Positions 41,033 through 51,760 of a stretch of 64,000 bases of DNA are shown piece by piece. The notes beneath the pieces were generated by a model. The model had not been told where the DNA came from and ran no database searches. It was given only the letters and a program-made list of their open reading frames with translations. Both the position numbers and the translations under genes were made by a program. The stretch lies in NCBI GenBank assembly GCA_050012255.1, contig JBEKHN010000001.1, positions 160,001 to 224,000 on the forward strand. The letters run 5' to 3'. Source of the DNA: Candidatus Bathyarchaeia archaeon. GTDB lineage: Archaea; Thermoproteota; Bathyarchaeia; Bathyarchaeales; Bathycorpusculaceae. Each line of letters opens with the position of its first letter. The first letter of the stretch is position 1.

Positions 41033-43720
41033 TCAGGTGACGCCCTCTTGCCCCGGGGTCAGATCCTGCCCTGAGCTCTCAGGTGGACTCTCGGGACTCT
41101 TGGGTTCTTCTTGTGCACGTGCAGCTGCTCTCCTGCGCCTGACCATCACAACCGACAGCAACGCACCTGCCGCTGCAACCAGCGTTGAAGCTAGGATGGC
41201 GTACTGCGGTATCGTCCAGTTTCCACGCTCAACCTTCAAACTGGAAACGTCACTCTCAACCTGTCCGATTCCTTGAATTATGATGGTCGCCTTCCCATCC
41301 CTGATTGAAGTCACTGTTCCGTTAACAATGCCCAGAACAGTTTCCATGGTTGCTGTCGTCCCGTTTATCGCCGTGACTTTGAACCCTATCGTTTCCAAGT
41401 CAGACTGAATCGTTCCTAAAGAGGAGTTCAGCGTTACAACGTCTCCCTCAATGCGCGCTAAGGTCACGTTAAGCGCGTCAAGGCGCACGTTCACTAAGCC
41501 CAAATCTGTCCGTATCGTTCCAACACTCTCGTTAACGCTGACGAGCAGGGCGTTCCAGCCTGAGAAGGTTGGGCTCACCAAGAATGATTTGAACGCCGTT
41601 CCCACAGATTGAACCACGCTTGATGAGTAGCCCGCGGTGATAACCAACGCGTAAGAGCCTGTCTCAGCATCGGCGGGCAACGTGTAGGAAACTTTGCAAA
41701 GCCCCTCTGCAACGGGTTGAACCGTCAATGTTTGGTTCGAACCGTCAGGCTTGTACAGCAAGGCGCTTGTAACCGTCGCGTTGGCTGCGGACCCATTGAA
41801 AGCCGTATAAACATGAAACGTGACAACCTCGCCCCTGAATTGAAGCGCGCCAACATCTACCTGAACGTTCAACGGAGTAACATCGACTACGGTGAAGTTG
41901 GTTTCAGAAAAAACGTTAGCATCAAAAGCCTTGACGACCCACGTTTCAGCCGTCGAAAATGGCACGTTGAACGTGAACGTGAAATCGCCAAGAGCATCTG
42001 TGGCCGCATAGCCCAGAAACATGTCGTTAAACGTGATTTCCACTACGCTATTGGGAGTAAACTGCACGCCCGTCACCGTTACGCCCGTTCCCACGGGCCC
42101 TCTTGAAGGACTTAAGGTAACTAAGAACTGCACGTTGACCTGGACTGATATTACATTGTCGCTGACAATGGTTTCACCACTGACTGGCCAAACGTACAAG
42201 GTCACATTGTATGACCCACTTTCAAGAGGATTCCACAGAAACGTGACTGGCGTAGCCAACGAATCACCTGCCAAAGCTTGAACGGACGTTGAATCAACAA
42301 CGCTCCCATCCACCATAAGGCTTACATTAACGTTACTTTCGCTGCTTGATCCAAAATTAAGAACGGTCACGTTGATCGGAACCGTATCTCCAGGCTGAAC
42401 AAGCCTCGGCATATCATATCTATACAGGAACAGATCATGCTGCAACGGTTGCTGTTCAACGGCTTTCCGCGCGTTAACTCTCCCAGCACCGTAAACCACG
42501 TCGAAGCCAGAGTCTCCCAAATCGTCAGAGGTGAAGCTTAGTTGGCCCCTGACCCAGTCTCTCGCCGCGTTGGGAAACCTGCTCCAGATCAGGGCGGCCA
42601 CGCCTGCGGCATGAGGACAGGCCATTGAGGTCCCGCTGAGGTAACCGTAATTCATGCCAAGGCTGGCTGGCGGGTCATTCAGGGTGACATGATAGGCGGG
42701 CGTTGTCGAGAGAATATCGACTCCTGGCGCTGAAACCCCAATCCAGCTTCCCCCGTTTGAGAACGCCGCCTTCGCATCTGACTTGTCTGTGGCAGCAACT
42801 GCCACAACCTCATCGTAGGCCGCGGGGTAAAACTTCGCATCAGTGTTATCGTTGCCGGCGGCAGCGAGGACCAGGACGCCTTGCTGGGACGCGTTCAGGA
42901 TTGCATCATGGATGAGCAGACTGTCGAAGTCACCGCCCCAGCTGTTACTCAATATGCGCGCACCCTGATTCACAGCGTGCATGATGGCCTGGGCCAGATC
43001 AGCCTCAAGACCAAAGCCTGTGGCGTTGAGGGCTTTCTCAACCATGATGCTTACTTGGGCAATCCCTGCGATGCCAACCGCATTGTTTAGCACTGCAGCT
43101 ATTATTCCGGCAACATGCGTCCCATGCCCGTTATCGTCAAGAGTAACATTGTTGTTGTTGACCCAGTTGTAGCCGAGAGGAACATAGTTGCTCTTGAGGT
43201 CAGGATGGTTATAATCAATGCCAGTATCGATGACAGCCACGATTACAGACGAGTTTCCTTTGGTCGTGTTCCAAGCCCAGTCAGCCTGAATCTTCCGGAG
43301 AGCCCACTGATTACCGCATAATGGGTCGTTTGGAACAAACTGTGCCTTAAACACCATGTCGGGTTCCACGTATCTGGCCAGCCCCGTCCCTTGAGCCTCA
43401 TTGATGAGAAGTGACAAGTTGCTGGAGGGCACGTCAACAACCATCGCGATAGCCTGACCTTTAATAGGAACCTTGCTGACACTTTTTCCTCCCGATCTCA
43501 GAACAAGATTTGTCAAATCGTCATAAGCCCGTGGGCTGGTCTGGTTCACACCGATAACCAATCGACATGGATCACCATTGAACGAGGTAAGGAAACTCTC
43601 TCCCTTAGATACAGCTGAGCTTGAATTCTGAACAATGGCAGCGCCAACGCCCAAGACGACACCGTTAACGCTTACCACAACCATCAGCGTTAGGACAAAT
43701 GCCGCAAAACGTTTCAACAT
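41033..43720 (-). CDS. Membrane-anchored subtilase (S8) with CARDB/Ig-like domains and a stalk
   Basis: VIDTG, HGTHVAG, AAGN, GTSMACP triad; C-terminal TM + RRRR. Confidence 0.92.
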   Translation of the reverse strand: MLKRFAAFVLTLMVVVSVNGVVLGVGAAIVQNSSSAVSKGESFLTSFNGDPCRLVIGVNQTSPRAYDDLTNLVLRSGGKSVSKVPIKGQAIAMVVDVPSSNLSLLINEAQGTGLARYVEPDMVFKAQFVPNDPLCGNQWALRKIQADWAWNTTKGNSSVIVAVIDTGIDYNHPDLKSNYVPLGYNWVNNNNVTLDDNGHGTHVAGIIAAVLNNAVGIAGIAQVSIMVEKALNATGFGLEADLAQAIMHAVNQGARILSNSWGGDFDSLLIHDAILNASQQGVLVLAAAGNDNTDAKFYPAAYDEVVAVAATDKSDAKAAFSNGGSWIGVSAPGVDILSTTPAYHVTLNDPPASLGMNYGYLSGTSMACPHAAGVAALIWSRFPNAARDWVRGQLSFTSDDLGDSGFDVVYGAGRVNARKAVEQQPLQHDLFLYRYDMPRLVQPGDTVPINVTVLNFGSSSESNVNVSLMVDGSVVDSTSVQALAGDSLATPVTFLWNPLESGSYNVTLYVWPVSGETIVSDNVISVQVNVQFLVTLSPSRGPVGTGVTVTGVQFTPNSVVEITFNDMFLGYAATDALGDFTFTFNVPFSTAETWVVKAFDANVFSETNFTVVDVTPLNVQVDVGALQFRGEVVTFHVYTAFNGSAANATVTSALLYKPDGSNQTLTVQPVAEGLCKVSYTLPADAETGSYALVITAGYSSSVVQSVGTAFKSFLVSPTFSGWNALLVSVNESVGTIRTDLGLVNVRLDALNVTLARIEGDVVTLNSSLGTIQSDLETIGFKVTAINGTTATMETVLGIVNGTVTSIRDGKATIIIQGIGQVESDVSSLKVERGNWTIPQYAILASTLVAAAGALLSVVMVRRRRAAARAQEEPKSPESPPESSGQDLTPGQEGVT

Positions 43721-44086
43721 AGCCTTTCACAATTCCGTCACTAGACACTTCTTCGAAAATACTGTGAGTTATGGGATATAAGACTTAAGACCTTGTTGAC
43801 AGATGTTTGACCCGCAGCACTCGAGCAACGAGAACAGCTTTCCATCCTTTCATTGTACCTTCACAAAGGGGATGCCGCACGCTCACGTTAACATTGCCAG
43901 GTTGTCCACACGTGGCGCGACTGTTTTCTGAGTTTTGTTCCGAGAAAATGGATTTTAAGGCGCGCGCAGGCAGCGAGTCAAGGATTAAAGGTCAAACCGC
44001 ATTCTCTCAAGCGCGCAGTTGCGCCTCCAGTTGCGACTAATTTAAATAGCACCTACTCCTAAACGCCTAGGCAAGAGGTTAAGAAA

Positions 44087-44314
44087 TTGAACAGCAAAAC
44101 TATAGGTCTAGGCCTCGGTGCTCTACTGATCATCATTGCTCTAATACTCGGCGCGGTCCGCTATTCTGGTGCTTACGACTTCGGGGTAGCCTACGGTTCA
44201 GGCATGGGTTGGTACTTCTACGGTTTAGCCGGGGTCATCGGCTTGGTTGGCATCATAATAGCCGCATGGGTCCTGATGAAAAAGGAAACACCAAAGGCAA
44301 CAACAACCAAGTAG
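44087..44314 (+). CDS. Small two-TM membrane protein
   Basis: TTTAAATA box at 44041, SD GAGGT, two hydrophobic helices. Confidence 0.7.
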   Translation: MNSKTIGLGLGALLIIIALILGAVRYSGAYDFGVAYGSGMGWYFYGLAGVIGLVGIIIAAWVLMKKETPKATTTK

Positions 44315-44545
44315 CTCCTAATAGGTTGACACACATCCTGTCGAAGTAGAAATGTGAATATGAGAACTAGATGAGACCCTCACACTAGTACTAGCGCATC
44401 CTTGAGAAGAATGAGCGCCTGTATGTTGCATCTTTACGTGCTTGGGCGTTTCAAATTCTACGAGCACTTCCACGATCCTGGGCTGACAACTTAGAACGGT
44501 TCTGATTTTGGTCTGCTGACCAAATCAAGTAAGCATCTTTTCTGA

Positions 44546-45562
44546 CTATTTCATAGCGGATGATATGTATTTTAGAACAACTGCAACAGCTCCGTAAACA
44601 CCGACATTTTCGCCCAGAGGGGTAACCATTATCTTCGGAACCCTGTTTATCGCGTAGTCTTTAACGTATTTTTTGATTGGAGAGAGGATCATTTTCTTGT
44701 TCCTCAATGTAACAGTGCCGCCTACCGTGATCAGAGACGGGTCGTAGGCGTTTATCACGCTCGCGAAGCCCATTGCGTTCAGAACTCCGATTTCGTTGAC
44801 GAGTTTGACAGACAGGCTGTCGCCTTTTTTTGCACAGGTGAACAGGTCAGCTGCAACCAACCTCGACAGGTCGCCTTCTACTGTCTTGAACAGCAAACTT
44901 TCCTTCACCGTTTTTGCATGCATTTCTTTGAGTCTCATTCTGACATAGTTCGGAATGTTTCTCCCAGAGCAGTAAGCTTCCCAGTGGCCACGTCTTCCGC
45001 AGCCGCATGTCAGCCTGCCCTGATAGTCTATGACGAAATGACCGACTTCATGGGCGTTCCCATCTTTTCCCAACAGCAAAGTGTCGTTAACAATCGCTCC
45101 GCAGCCTAAGCCGGTGCTTATGGTTATGTAGGCGCAGTTGTCCAGCCCTTTTGCGGCGCCGAACATTTTTTCGCCGAGAACCGCCCCGACGCAATCGTTG
45201 ATCAAACATGCTGGTATGCCCAGCTTTTCTGTAATGGGCTTCGTGATGGGTACACGGTCAAACGGCAGGTTCGGGGGTTTGAAGAGCACGCCCTCTTCTT
45301 GGATCAGAGGGCCCGCTGACACGATCCCTACCCCCTGTAAGGATTTGACGTCAAAGCCATGTTTAGCGCATAAGAAACGGGTAAGCTTGACTATCTGGTC
45401 GGTGATCGCCTCGGCGTTTCTCGTGTCAACCTCTTCGCTTCTCTTCTCAATGAAGTTGCCCTTTTCGTCTGAGAGCACAACTCTTACGCGGGTACCTCCT
45501 AAGTCTACCCCTATCAGGCGTGCACCCACAGTCAAGCCTTTCACTGGCGATACACTCTCCAA
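44546..45562 (-). CDS. ROK family sugar kinase
   Basis: DLGGT, IND, STGLG, EVGH, CGCGRRGHWE. Confidence 0.92.
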   Translation of the reverse strand: MESVSPVKGLTVGARLIGVDLGGTRVRVVLSDEKGNFIEKRSEEVDTRNAEAITDQIVKLTRFLCAKHGFDVKSLQGVGIVSAGPLIQEEGVLFKPPNLPFDRVPITKPITEKLGIPACLINDCVGAVLGEKMFGAAKGLDNCAYITISTGLGCGAIVNDTLLLGKDGNAHEVGHFVIDYQGRLTCGCGRRGHWEAYCSGRNIPNYVRMRLKEMHAKTVKESLLFKTVEGDLSRLVAADLFTCAKKGDSLSVKLVNEIGVLNAMGFASVINAYDPSLITVGGTVTLRNKKMILSPIKKYVKDYAINRVPKIMVTPLGENVGVYGAVAVVLKYISSAMK

Positions 45563-45704
45563 GTCGCAACGTTCAATATTCTCATTCCCACAAGTAACTC
45601 TGCAGAATCGAGATATTGCTTTTTTGGAGTAGCTACGGATTAAGTTCCGCTGCTCGTCTCTTGAGGTCCTTCAGCTTGTCCTTTTTCTGAGAACACAAAT
45701 GTCG

Positions 45705-46220
45705 TTAAGTGGCTCTGTGAATGCTTCTGTTTCCCGGTCTTTTCGGGCAGTTGACGTTTACGGCCTTCGCGAGCCGCCTGAAGTCGTCGTCAGACATCCA
45801 CTCGGTCTTCAAGTACGCACAGATTCTCTTGTCACTCAGCCCCAGTCTTCTTGCCTCCTCAACTGCACATCGGTAGGCCTCAACCTCTGTCGGCCTTTCT
45901 GTGTAGGAGTAGTTGTGGTCGAAAAGCTCCTTCCCTTCCGCAAACTGCTTGACGTGAACTAACTCATGGATTATGTCGAGGTATATTTCGACCCTGTTGC
46001 CTCTGCATAAATAGTCTGCGCTGGCTATGAGGTGCCCATCGACCTCGCTGACGCCCATGTAGCCTCTTCGCCCAATGAACTCAACCCTCAGATTTGACAG
46101 AACCTCACCCGTCTTTTTGCCAAAGATCCTTTTCACGGCCTCAACCTTCTCGAAACCGCTGAAGTAATCTTTGAACGGGTAGGTTGATACTGGAGCCTTG
46201 CGGACAATTCTCACGTGCAA
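45705..46220 (-). CDS. Hypothetical protein with zincin-like HExxH motif
   Basis: IIHELVHVKQ and downstream PTEVEAY. Confidence 0.7.
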   Translation of the reverse strand: MHVRIVRKAPVSTYPFKDYFSGFEKVEAVKRIFGKKTGEVLSNLRVEFIGRRGYMGVSEVDGHLIASADYLCRGNRVEIYLDIIHELVHVKQFAEGKELFDHNYSYTERPTEVEAYRCAVEEARRLGLSDKRICAYLKTEWMSDDDFRRLAKAVNVNCPKRPGNRSIHRAT

Positions 46221-46324
46221 GCATGGCGTTACCGTTGCGTGTCCTTCCTGTGGTCTTCATCATGAACAGAGTGTGTTAGTAAACTTTATCCTCTCGTATA
46301 AGTCTTGAGAATCGTCAATCCATC

Positions 46325-47185
46325 GTGAAGAGGGCTGAGCGTATGGTGTTTCACATAAGGAACATGTCAAGGGCAGATTTCGAGTTCGCCGTCCGCATCA
46401 CCGGCGTGATGGGCTGGGGGTTGGTGGAGCAAGACTTTGAATTCATGATGGAGTTGGAACCAGAGGGGTGTTTTGTGCTTCTTGACGGCTCGGACAGGGT
46501 GGGAATCGCGACTACCGTGAGCTTTGGCAAGGTCGGCTGGTTCGGAAACCTCATCGTTGATGAGCGCAAAAGGCATAGGGGTGCAGGAACACTGCTGGTC
46601 AAGCACGCTCTTAGGTACTTGACAGAAAAAACCGTTGAGACCGTCGGCTTGTACGCGTACATCGAGAAAATCCCGTTCTACAGGAGGCTCAGGTTTGAAT
46701 GCGACTCTGAGTTCATAGTCTTGAAGGGGAAGGGCTTTTCTTCGCCAGTCAGGGCTAATGTGAGGAAAGGTGGAAAACAAGAACTGGCGGAAGTCATCGC
46801 CTTTGACCAGTCTTGTTTCGGCGCATCCCGCAGAAAGATGCTTGAACCGATTCTCATGGACCGTGACAATCTAAGCTTCGTCTCTATCGAAGATGGGCAG
46901 ATCTTGGGGTTCGCGGCTGCAAAAGTGTACAGGGGATTAGCTGAATTGGGGCCCCTGGTGTGTAAGAGGGGACAGGCCAAAACGGCAGTCGATCTGTTGA
47001 GAGCCATTTTAAGCGCGCTTGAGGGTCTCGAAGCCTCTGTGTTTGTTCCGAAAAGGGAAAAGCGGATTGTTTCCATGTTGCTGGAATCTGGCTTTCATGA
47101 AAGCTTCCGCGTTGAAAGGATGTTCCATGGTCCATCGGTCACTGGAGATTGCGTCTACATGGCCGAATCTTTGGAGAGAGGGTGA
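46325..47185 (+). CDS. Tandem GNAT N-acetyltransferase
   Basis: RHRGAG acetyl-CoA loop, FYRRL.F, second domain LGPL..ESGF. Confidence 0.88.
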   Translation: MKRAERMVFHIRNMSRADFEFAVRITGVMGWGLVEQDFEFMMELEPEGCFVLLDGSDRVGIATTVSFGKVGWFGNLIVDERKRHRGAGTLLVKHALRYLTEKTVETVGLYAYIEKIPFYRRLRFECDSEFIVLKGKGFSSPVRANVRKGGKQELAEVIAFDQSCFGASRRKMLEPILMDRDNLSFVSIEDGQILGFAAAKVYRGLAELGPLVCKRGQAKTAVDLLRAILSALEGLEASVFVPKREKRIVSMLLESGFHESFRVERMFHGPSVTGDCVYMAESLERG

Positions 47186-47192
47186 TTATGAG

Positions 47193-48569
47193 TTGTCGTC
47201 CAACCTGTGCAGAATAATCGTTGAAGACTTTCTGAAGAGTTCATGGCCTTGTGTCGAAGCCCTGGTGCGAGAACTCGGCACGTTCAAAGATGATAGAAGA
47301 AAACCCGTCACCCTGTATTACCTCAAGAACGGGCAGAGAAACGACGTCACGCTTGACAGCTCACACTTCTTCCTAAGATGCTCAGTTGAGTACTCAAACC
47401 CGCAGCTCACGGTTGAAGAGGTTCAGGGAATCATAGCCACACGTCTGCTTGAGGTCTGCGGCAACTACTTTCACCAGCGTGGGTTGCATGAGCCGACCAT
47501 GCAGGACACGGAAGAAATATGCGCATTATTGAAAAAGCCTCCTGACGGAGTTGTCGTCTCTTTCCTGCTGAACACCGACGATATCGAGGCGGACAGGTAC
47601 TCGATGAACCCGCTCAAAGAGTCGATAGTAAACAGCGGGCAAAGCGCCTTTCCGGCCGCTGCTGTGAAGACGGAGAAGCTTGAGATAGACCAGCAGTTCG
47701 CACATAAGTATGAAGGGTCACTTTTCTGCAAGGGCGAAGTTGAAAGGATAGACCGCCACCTCAAGTCTTGCAACAACAGCTACGTGAACATGATAGACGC
47801 TGTAAAATATGAACACTTAGAAAAGCTGTCAGAGGCTTTCGGCATCGACCTACTTCTTTACTCGATGCGGTTGCCATTAAGTGTTCTGGAAAAAGAGTCA
47901 TCAGACGGCTTGCTGCACTACATCATAAGAGAGGCTCACAAGGACTATCCGTCGGTTGAGCTAGTTTACAGATGCATGGGCAGAAGCATGAAGAACCTGA
48001 CTACACTTTTGACGGTTCCACATTCGCCGAAGGGCTATGGGTCAAAACGTGCCGTGAGAGGGAGGATCTACTTCGACGGGACTAAGCTTAAAAGCGTCAA
48101 AGTTGATTATCGAACGACACTGCTTTACCCGAATGCGATCGACCCTTCTGACATCAGCCTAGCAAAAGCTGATGACAGTTTCACGGTGGAAGGTGAAAAG
48201 TTGGTGAATTACAACTTCAAGGAAACGCCGTCTTCACCCCAGTTCTTCCTGTACTCTCTGACGTCACCGGAAAACGCTGTTCTGTGGCACGGCATCGGAG
48301 CCTTCGGCGCTTCAGAGTTGTTGAAGAGCTATACTACGACGCGACTGGCATGCTCAACGGGCTCCTTGTTCAAGGATCTGAACGGAAAATACGGCGTTAC
48401 AGTCAGGATTCCCCTACAGTTCAACCTCGTGCCAAAGAACATGTGGTTCCATCCTTTACACCGCAACATTGACGCAAGCGTCGGATGCGTTGGAAACTTG
48501 AAAGACCTGGCTGACCTAGGAATGAAGATGGAGCATCTTCCAACAGAACAATATATTCGGAAAGAATAA
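47193..48569 (+). CDS. Uncharacterised 458-aa soluble protein
   Basis: Long ORF; TTG after GGTGA; tight spacing with both neighbours; no motif recognised. Confidence 0.8.
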   Translation: MSSNLCRIIVEDFLKSSWPCVEALVRELGTFKDDRRKPVTLYYLKNGQRNDVTLDSSHFFLRCSVEYSNPQLTVEEVQGIIATRLLEVCGNYFHQRGLHEPTMQDTEEICALLKKPPDGVVVSFLLNTDDIEADRYSMNPLKESIVNSGQSAFPAAAVKTEKLEIDQQFAHKYEGSLFCKGEVERIDRHLKSCNNSYVNMIDAVKYEHLEKLSEAFGIDLLLYSMRLPLSVLEKESSDGLLHYIIREAHKDYPSVELVYRCMGRSMKNLTTLLTVPHSPKGYGSKRAVRGRIYFDGTKLKSVKVDYRTTLLYPNAIDPSDISLAKADDSFTVEGEKLVNYNFKETPSSPQFFLYSLTSPENAVLWHGIGAFGASELLKSYTTTRLACSTGSLFKDLNGKYGVTVRIPLQFNLVPKNMWFHPLHRNIDASVGCVGNLKDLADLGMKMEHLPTEQYIRKE

Positions 48570-48575
48570 TATAGC

Positions 48576-49202
48576 ATGATGGTGTATACCATGTTTTTCA
48601 AACAGATCAAATACCGAGGCGACAACTTCTCCTACGTCATCGCAGATGAGAACAGCAGAGAAGCCGCGGTCGTTGACCCCAGTTACAACGTCGACGCAAT
48701 AAGCCTTTTGTTGCACGGCCAAAACCTGACGGCTAAGTATGTCATAAACACGCACAGTCACGGGGACCACACTGCGGGCAATGAAGACATCAGGTCAGCC
48801 TTCGGCGCAAAAATCGTCGCCCACAAGCTCTCAAAAGCCAGGAAGGACACAGCAGTGGTTGAAGGCGACATTTTGAAGCTTGGCAAAGTCTTAATCAAGG
48901 TCGTTCACACTCCAGGACACAGCTCAGATAGCATATGCTTACTGGTCGATGGCAAAGTACTCACCGGTGACACTCTCTTCGTAGGCGAGTGCGGAAGGAC
49001 AGATTTGGTCGATGGAAGTTCTGAGGACATGTACCACAGCCTCTTTGACAAGCTGATGAAACTTGACGACAACGTCGAAGTCTATCCGGGCCACGACTAC
49101 GGACCGAAGCCCAACTCAACAATCTGTGAAGAAAGGCGGTCGAACTACACACTTCAAAAGCGTACCCTCGAAGAATTTGTCGCTTTCATGGGACAGCCAT
49201 AG
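48576..49202 (+). CDS. MBL-fold hydrolase (glyoxalase II / persulfide dioxygenase-like)
   Basis: THSHGDH, TPGH, GDTLF, GRTD, PGHDY. Confidence 0.92.
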   Translation: MMVYTMFFKQIKYRGDNFSYVIADENSREAAVVDPSYNVDAISLLLHGQNLTAKYVINTHSHGDHTAGNEDIRSAFGAKIVAHKLSKARKDTAVVEGDILKLGKVLIKVVHTPGHSSDSICLLVDGKVLTGDTLFVGECGRTDLVDGSSEDMYHSLFDKLMKLDDNVEVYPGHDYGPKPNSTICEERRSNYTLQKRTLEEFVAFMGQP

Positions 49203-49301
49203 ATTCCCGACCGCTCCGGCTGTGCCTGTCTAACGGTCAACTTTATTATGAACATGTTGGTAAGAGACTGAAACGTGTACGCGGCTGAAAGAGGAACAGG
49301 A

Positions 49302-50735
49302 ATGTCCAACAAAGCTGTTTCCTTCTCGATTGACATGGAAATTCCCGAAAGCTACATGGGAAACTTGTTGGACTTCATTTATCAAAAATACCTCATGCCC
49401 CATGAACAAAGGTTTGCCAACATCTCAAGAGTCACGGTCGGCGGCCGTTCTTCCCTCACCTTCACAACTCTGGATCAGTCTGGAACACGTGTTCTAGAAG
49501 TGGCGGTCAAGGGTGGGAAGCCGATTGACGTAAACATGACGCCGTTAAGTGAAAACGTCCCGGAAGAAACGATAACCCAAGTTAGGCAGGACCTCGTGAT
49601 CGCAGTTCAATCATTTGAAGAAAAGGTTAGAGAGGGCACACTCTTCTTTGCGTGGCGAGAAGGTGAGAGGATTGTGCCAGAAAAGATTTCTGGCAAAGAA
49701 AAGAAACCGTTGAACCGCATTTTTCTCGAGACGCAAGTTTTCCTCGTCGTCATATTCATCACGCTAGGCTTGTTCCTGTTCTTCCTTATCGGCCCGTACA
49801 CGCCGATTGTCCTGCTGACGTTTCAGTTCATCTTCGTCGTGTATTCACCAAAGATTATTGAAAGAATATCAGACTGGCGAATCACCGAAGAGAACCCGAC
49901 CATACATATTCTTGAATACAGCCTGCCGATTGAAGGACAGGACGATTTCAGGCAGAAGTACCCTCCTGAAAAAGTTGCCGAAATGAAGAAAGAGATCTAT
50001 CAAGAGACAATCGCCAAGAACGGGGAAATCAACTGCGAGACGACTGGGCAGATTTTTAGAAAGTATGGGCTTGAGTGCAGCCCAGAGAATCTGTCTTCAA
50101 CAAAGGTGAACGTTTACGAACTAGTGAAAAAGGTAGCAGACAAATTCCATTTTAAAGTGCCCAAGATCGTGGTGTCCAACACTTTGGCTCCTAACGCAGC
50201 TGCCTCTGGCCCAAGCCCAAGCCGAGGAGTAGTTTTGATTACTACGGGGGCTCTCGTGCAACTTGAGGAAGACGAGCTTCTCAGCATCTTGGGACACGAG
50301 TTTGGACACCTAAAGGGACGTGATCCCTTCTGGCTCTACGGACTATCTGCTGTCCAATACCTTCTATGGTTCTACGTGATCTTCGGATTCTTTCCCACAA
50401 GCTCCTTTGTTCTTCTCCTCATATATTTCTGGGTGCTGTCAACGATCACGTATTTCATCGCCAAATTCTTCGAAGCAAGGGCAGACTTAACGTCAGCGAT
50501 CGTGATGGGACAACCCAACATTCTGGCCAACGCCCTAGAAGAAATAGGGTTCAAAAGACTTCTCTATGAGCGGATCCCCTCGTATCGCGTTCAAGAATGG
50601 GTAAGCTTTGATCCACATCCGCCTATCTACTTCAGAGTCGAAAGACTGAGAAAGTTTGGAGCTCTAACAGAAGTAAAACACCCACTTCTTCAATCCGCGA
50701 GGGACGTTACCAGAGGCTTCCTGAACAGCTTATAG
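49302..50735 (+). CDS. M48/HtpX-like membrane Zn metalloprotease with N-terminal extension
   Basis: PNAAA, GHEFGH, EARAD, HPP. Confidence 0.9.
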   Translation: MSNKAVSFSIDMEIPESYMGNLLDFIYQKYLMPHEQRFANISRVTVGGRSSLTFTTLDQSGTRVLEVAVKGGKPIDVNMTPLSENVPEETITQVRQDLVIAVQSFEEKVREGTLFFAWREGERIVPEKISGKEKKPLNRIFLETQVFLVVIFITLGLFLFFLIGPYTPIVLLTFQFIFVVYSPKIIERISDWRITEENPTIHILEYSLPIEGQDDFRQKYPPEKVAEMKKEIYQETIAKNGEINCETTGQIFRKYGLECSPENLSSTKVNVYELVKKVADKFHFKVPKIVVSNTLAPNAAASGPSPSRGVVLITTGALVQLEEDELLSILGHEFGHLKGRDPFWLYGLSAVQYLLWFYVIFGFFPTSSFVLLLIYFWVLSTITYFIAKFFEARADLTSAIVMGQPNILANALEEIGFKRLLYERIPSYRVQEWVSFDPHPPIYFRVERLRKFGALTEVKHPLLQSARDVTRGFLNSL

Positions 50736-50775
50736 ACTCACTGGGTGTGCTTGCTTAAACGGCGCAGCTGCCCAT

Positions 50776-51093
50776 TCAAACGTCGATTAAGACTTGGTCT
50801 TCTTCTATCCTTACTCTATATGCAGGTTCAGATTTTTGTGCAGGTCCTTTCACCACGGCTCCCGTTAGAACGTTGAAAGCTGAACCGTGACACGGACACG
50901 TTACGTTCTCTCCCCTCAGCGTGCCGTCTGAAAGCAAGCAGCCCATGTGTGTGCAACGATTGCCAATCGCGTAGTACTTGCCTCCTATGTTGGCAACGCA
51001 GATCTCTTTTCCTGCCGCGCCGGCATCGATCATTTCACCTGGTTTCAGGTCCTTTGTCGAAGCTACTTTCACAAACCCCATCCGTGAATTCAC
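50776..51093 (-). CDS. Rieske-type ferredoxin
   Basis: CTH and CPCHGS. Confidence 0.93.
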   Translation of the reverse strand: MNSRMGFVKVASTKDLKPGEMIDAGAAGKEICVANIGGKYYAIGNRCTHMGCLLSDGTLRGENVTCPCHGSAFNVLTGAVVKGPAQKSEPAYRVRIEEDQVLIDV

Positions 51094-51407
51094 CTCTCTC
51101 AGTCAGCTATTATCAGTCGAGTTAGAACATAAGAGATTTGTCATTGTGTTGTGTCCACGAATTTCACAGGAAAAACTAAATTCAGATTATAAACGAGTAA
51201 ATGTGTGGTTACACGGATGGTGGAGCAACCAATTTTGATCATTGACAGCCCTTGAGCAGATTTTGTCTAGAGGAATCGAATAGAAGTTTGTTTTCATCGC
51301 GTTTATAAAGGAGAGTTGCCAATTATTAGGGCGCGGTAGCGTTCTGTTGAGAACATGAGACAGAGACACAACGCAACACACAATTAAAAACAAAAGGAGT
51401 GAAAAAA

Positions 51408-51695
51408 ATGTCGGAGAGTTCGAAGATTGTTTTCATTGGCAGGAAACCAGCAATGAGCTACGTCCTGGCGATCATTACCAGCCTATCGGCATCCAACGGC
51501 AAAGAGATAACACTGAAGGCAAGAGGACAAGCAATCACGACAGCGGTTGACGTTGCTGAGATAACGAGAAGCCGCTTCCTCAAGGACCTGAAGGTTTCAA
51601 AGATCGCCATAGGTACAGAGCAGATGCCCGCCAGGGAAGGCGAAAGCGGTGCAAGAGCGGTTTCTACAATGGAAATAACGCTGGCAAAGGATTAG
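51408..51695 (+). CDS. albA: Chromatin/RNA-binding protein Alba
   Basis: VFIGRKP.MSYV, LKARGQAI..AVDVAE, VSTMEI. Confidence 0.93.
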   Translation: MSESSKIVFIGRKPAMSYVLAIITSLSASNGKEITLKARGQAITTAVDVAEITRSRFLKDLKVSKIAIGTEQMPAREGESGARAVSTMEITLAKD

Positions 51696-51729
51696 AAACA
51701 GAAATCCTAAAAAAACCAAGTACCCATTT

Positions 51730-51760
51730 GGCGAGTACCTCGCCTTTTCTTTCTTTGTAT
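51730..51760 (+). terminator. Putative terminator after alba
   Basis: GGCGAG-TAC-CTCGCC hairpin followed by a T-rich tract. Confidence 0.55.

Noticed and set aside
47019-47192. N-terminal extension of the 516-aa ORF
   Set aside because: Overlaps the GNAT gene; a better SD and TTG start exist at 47193
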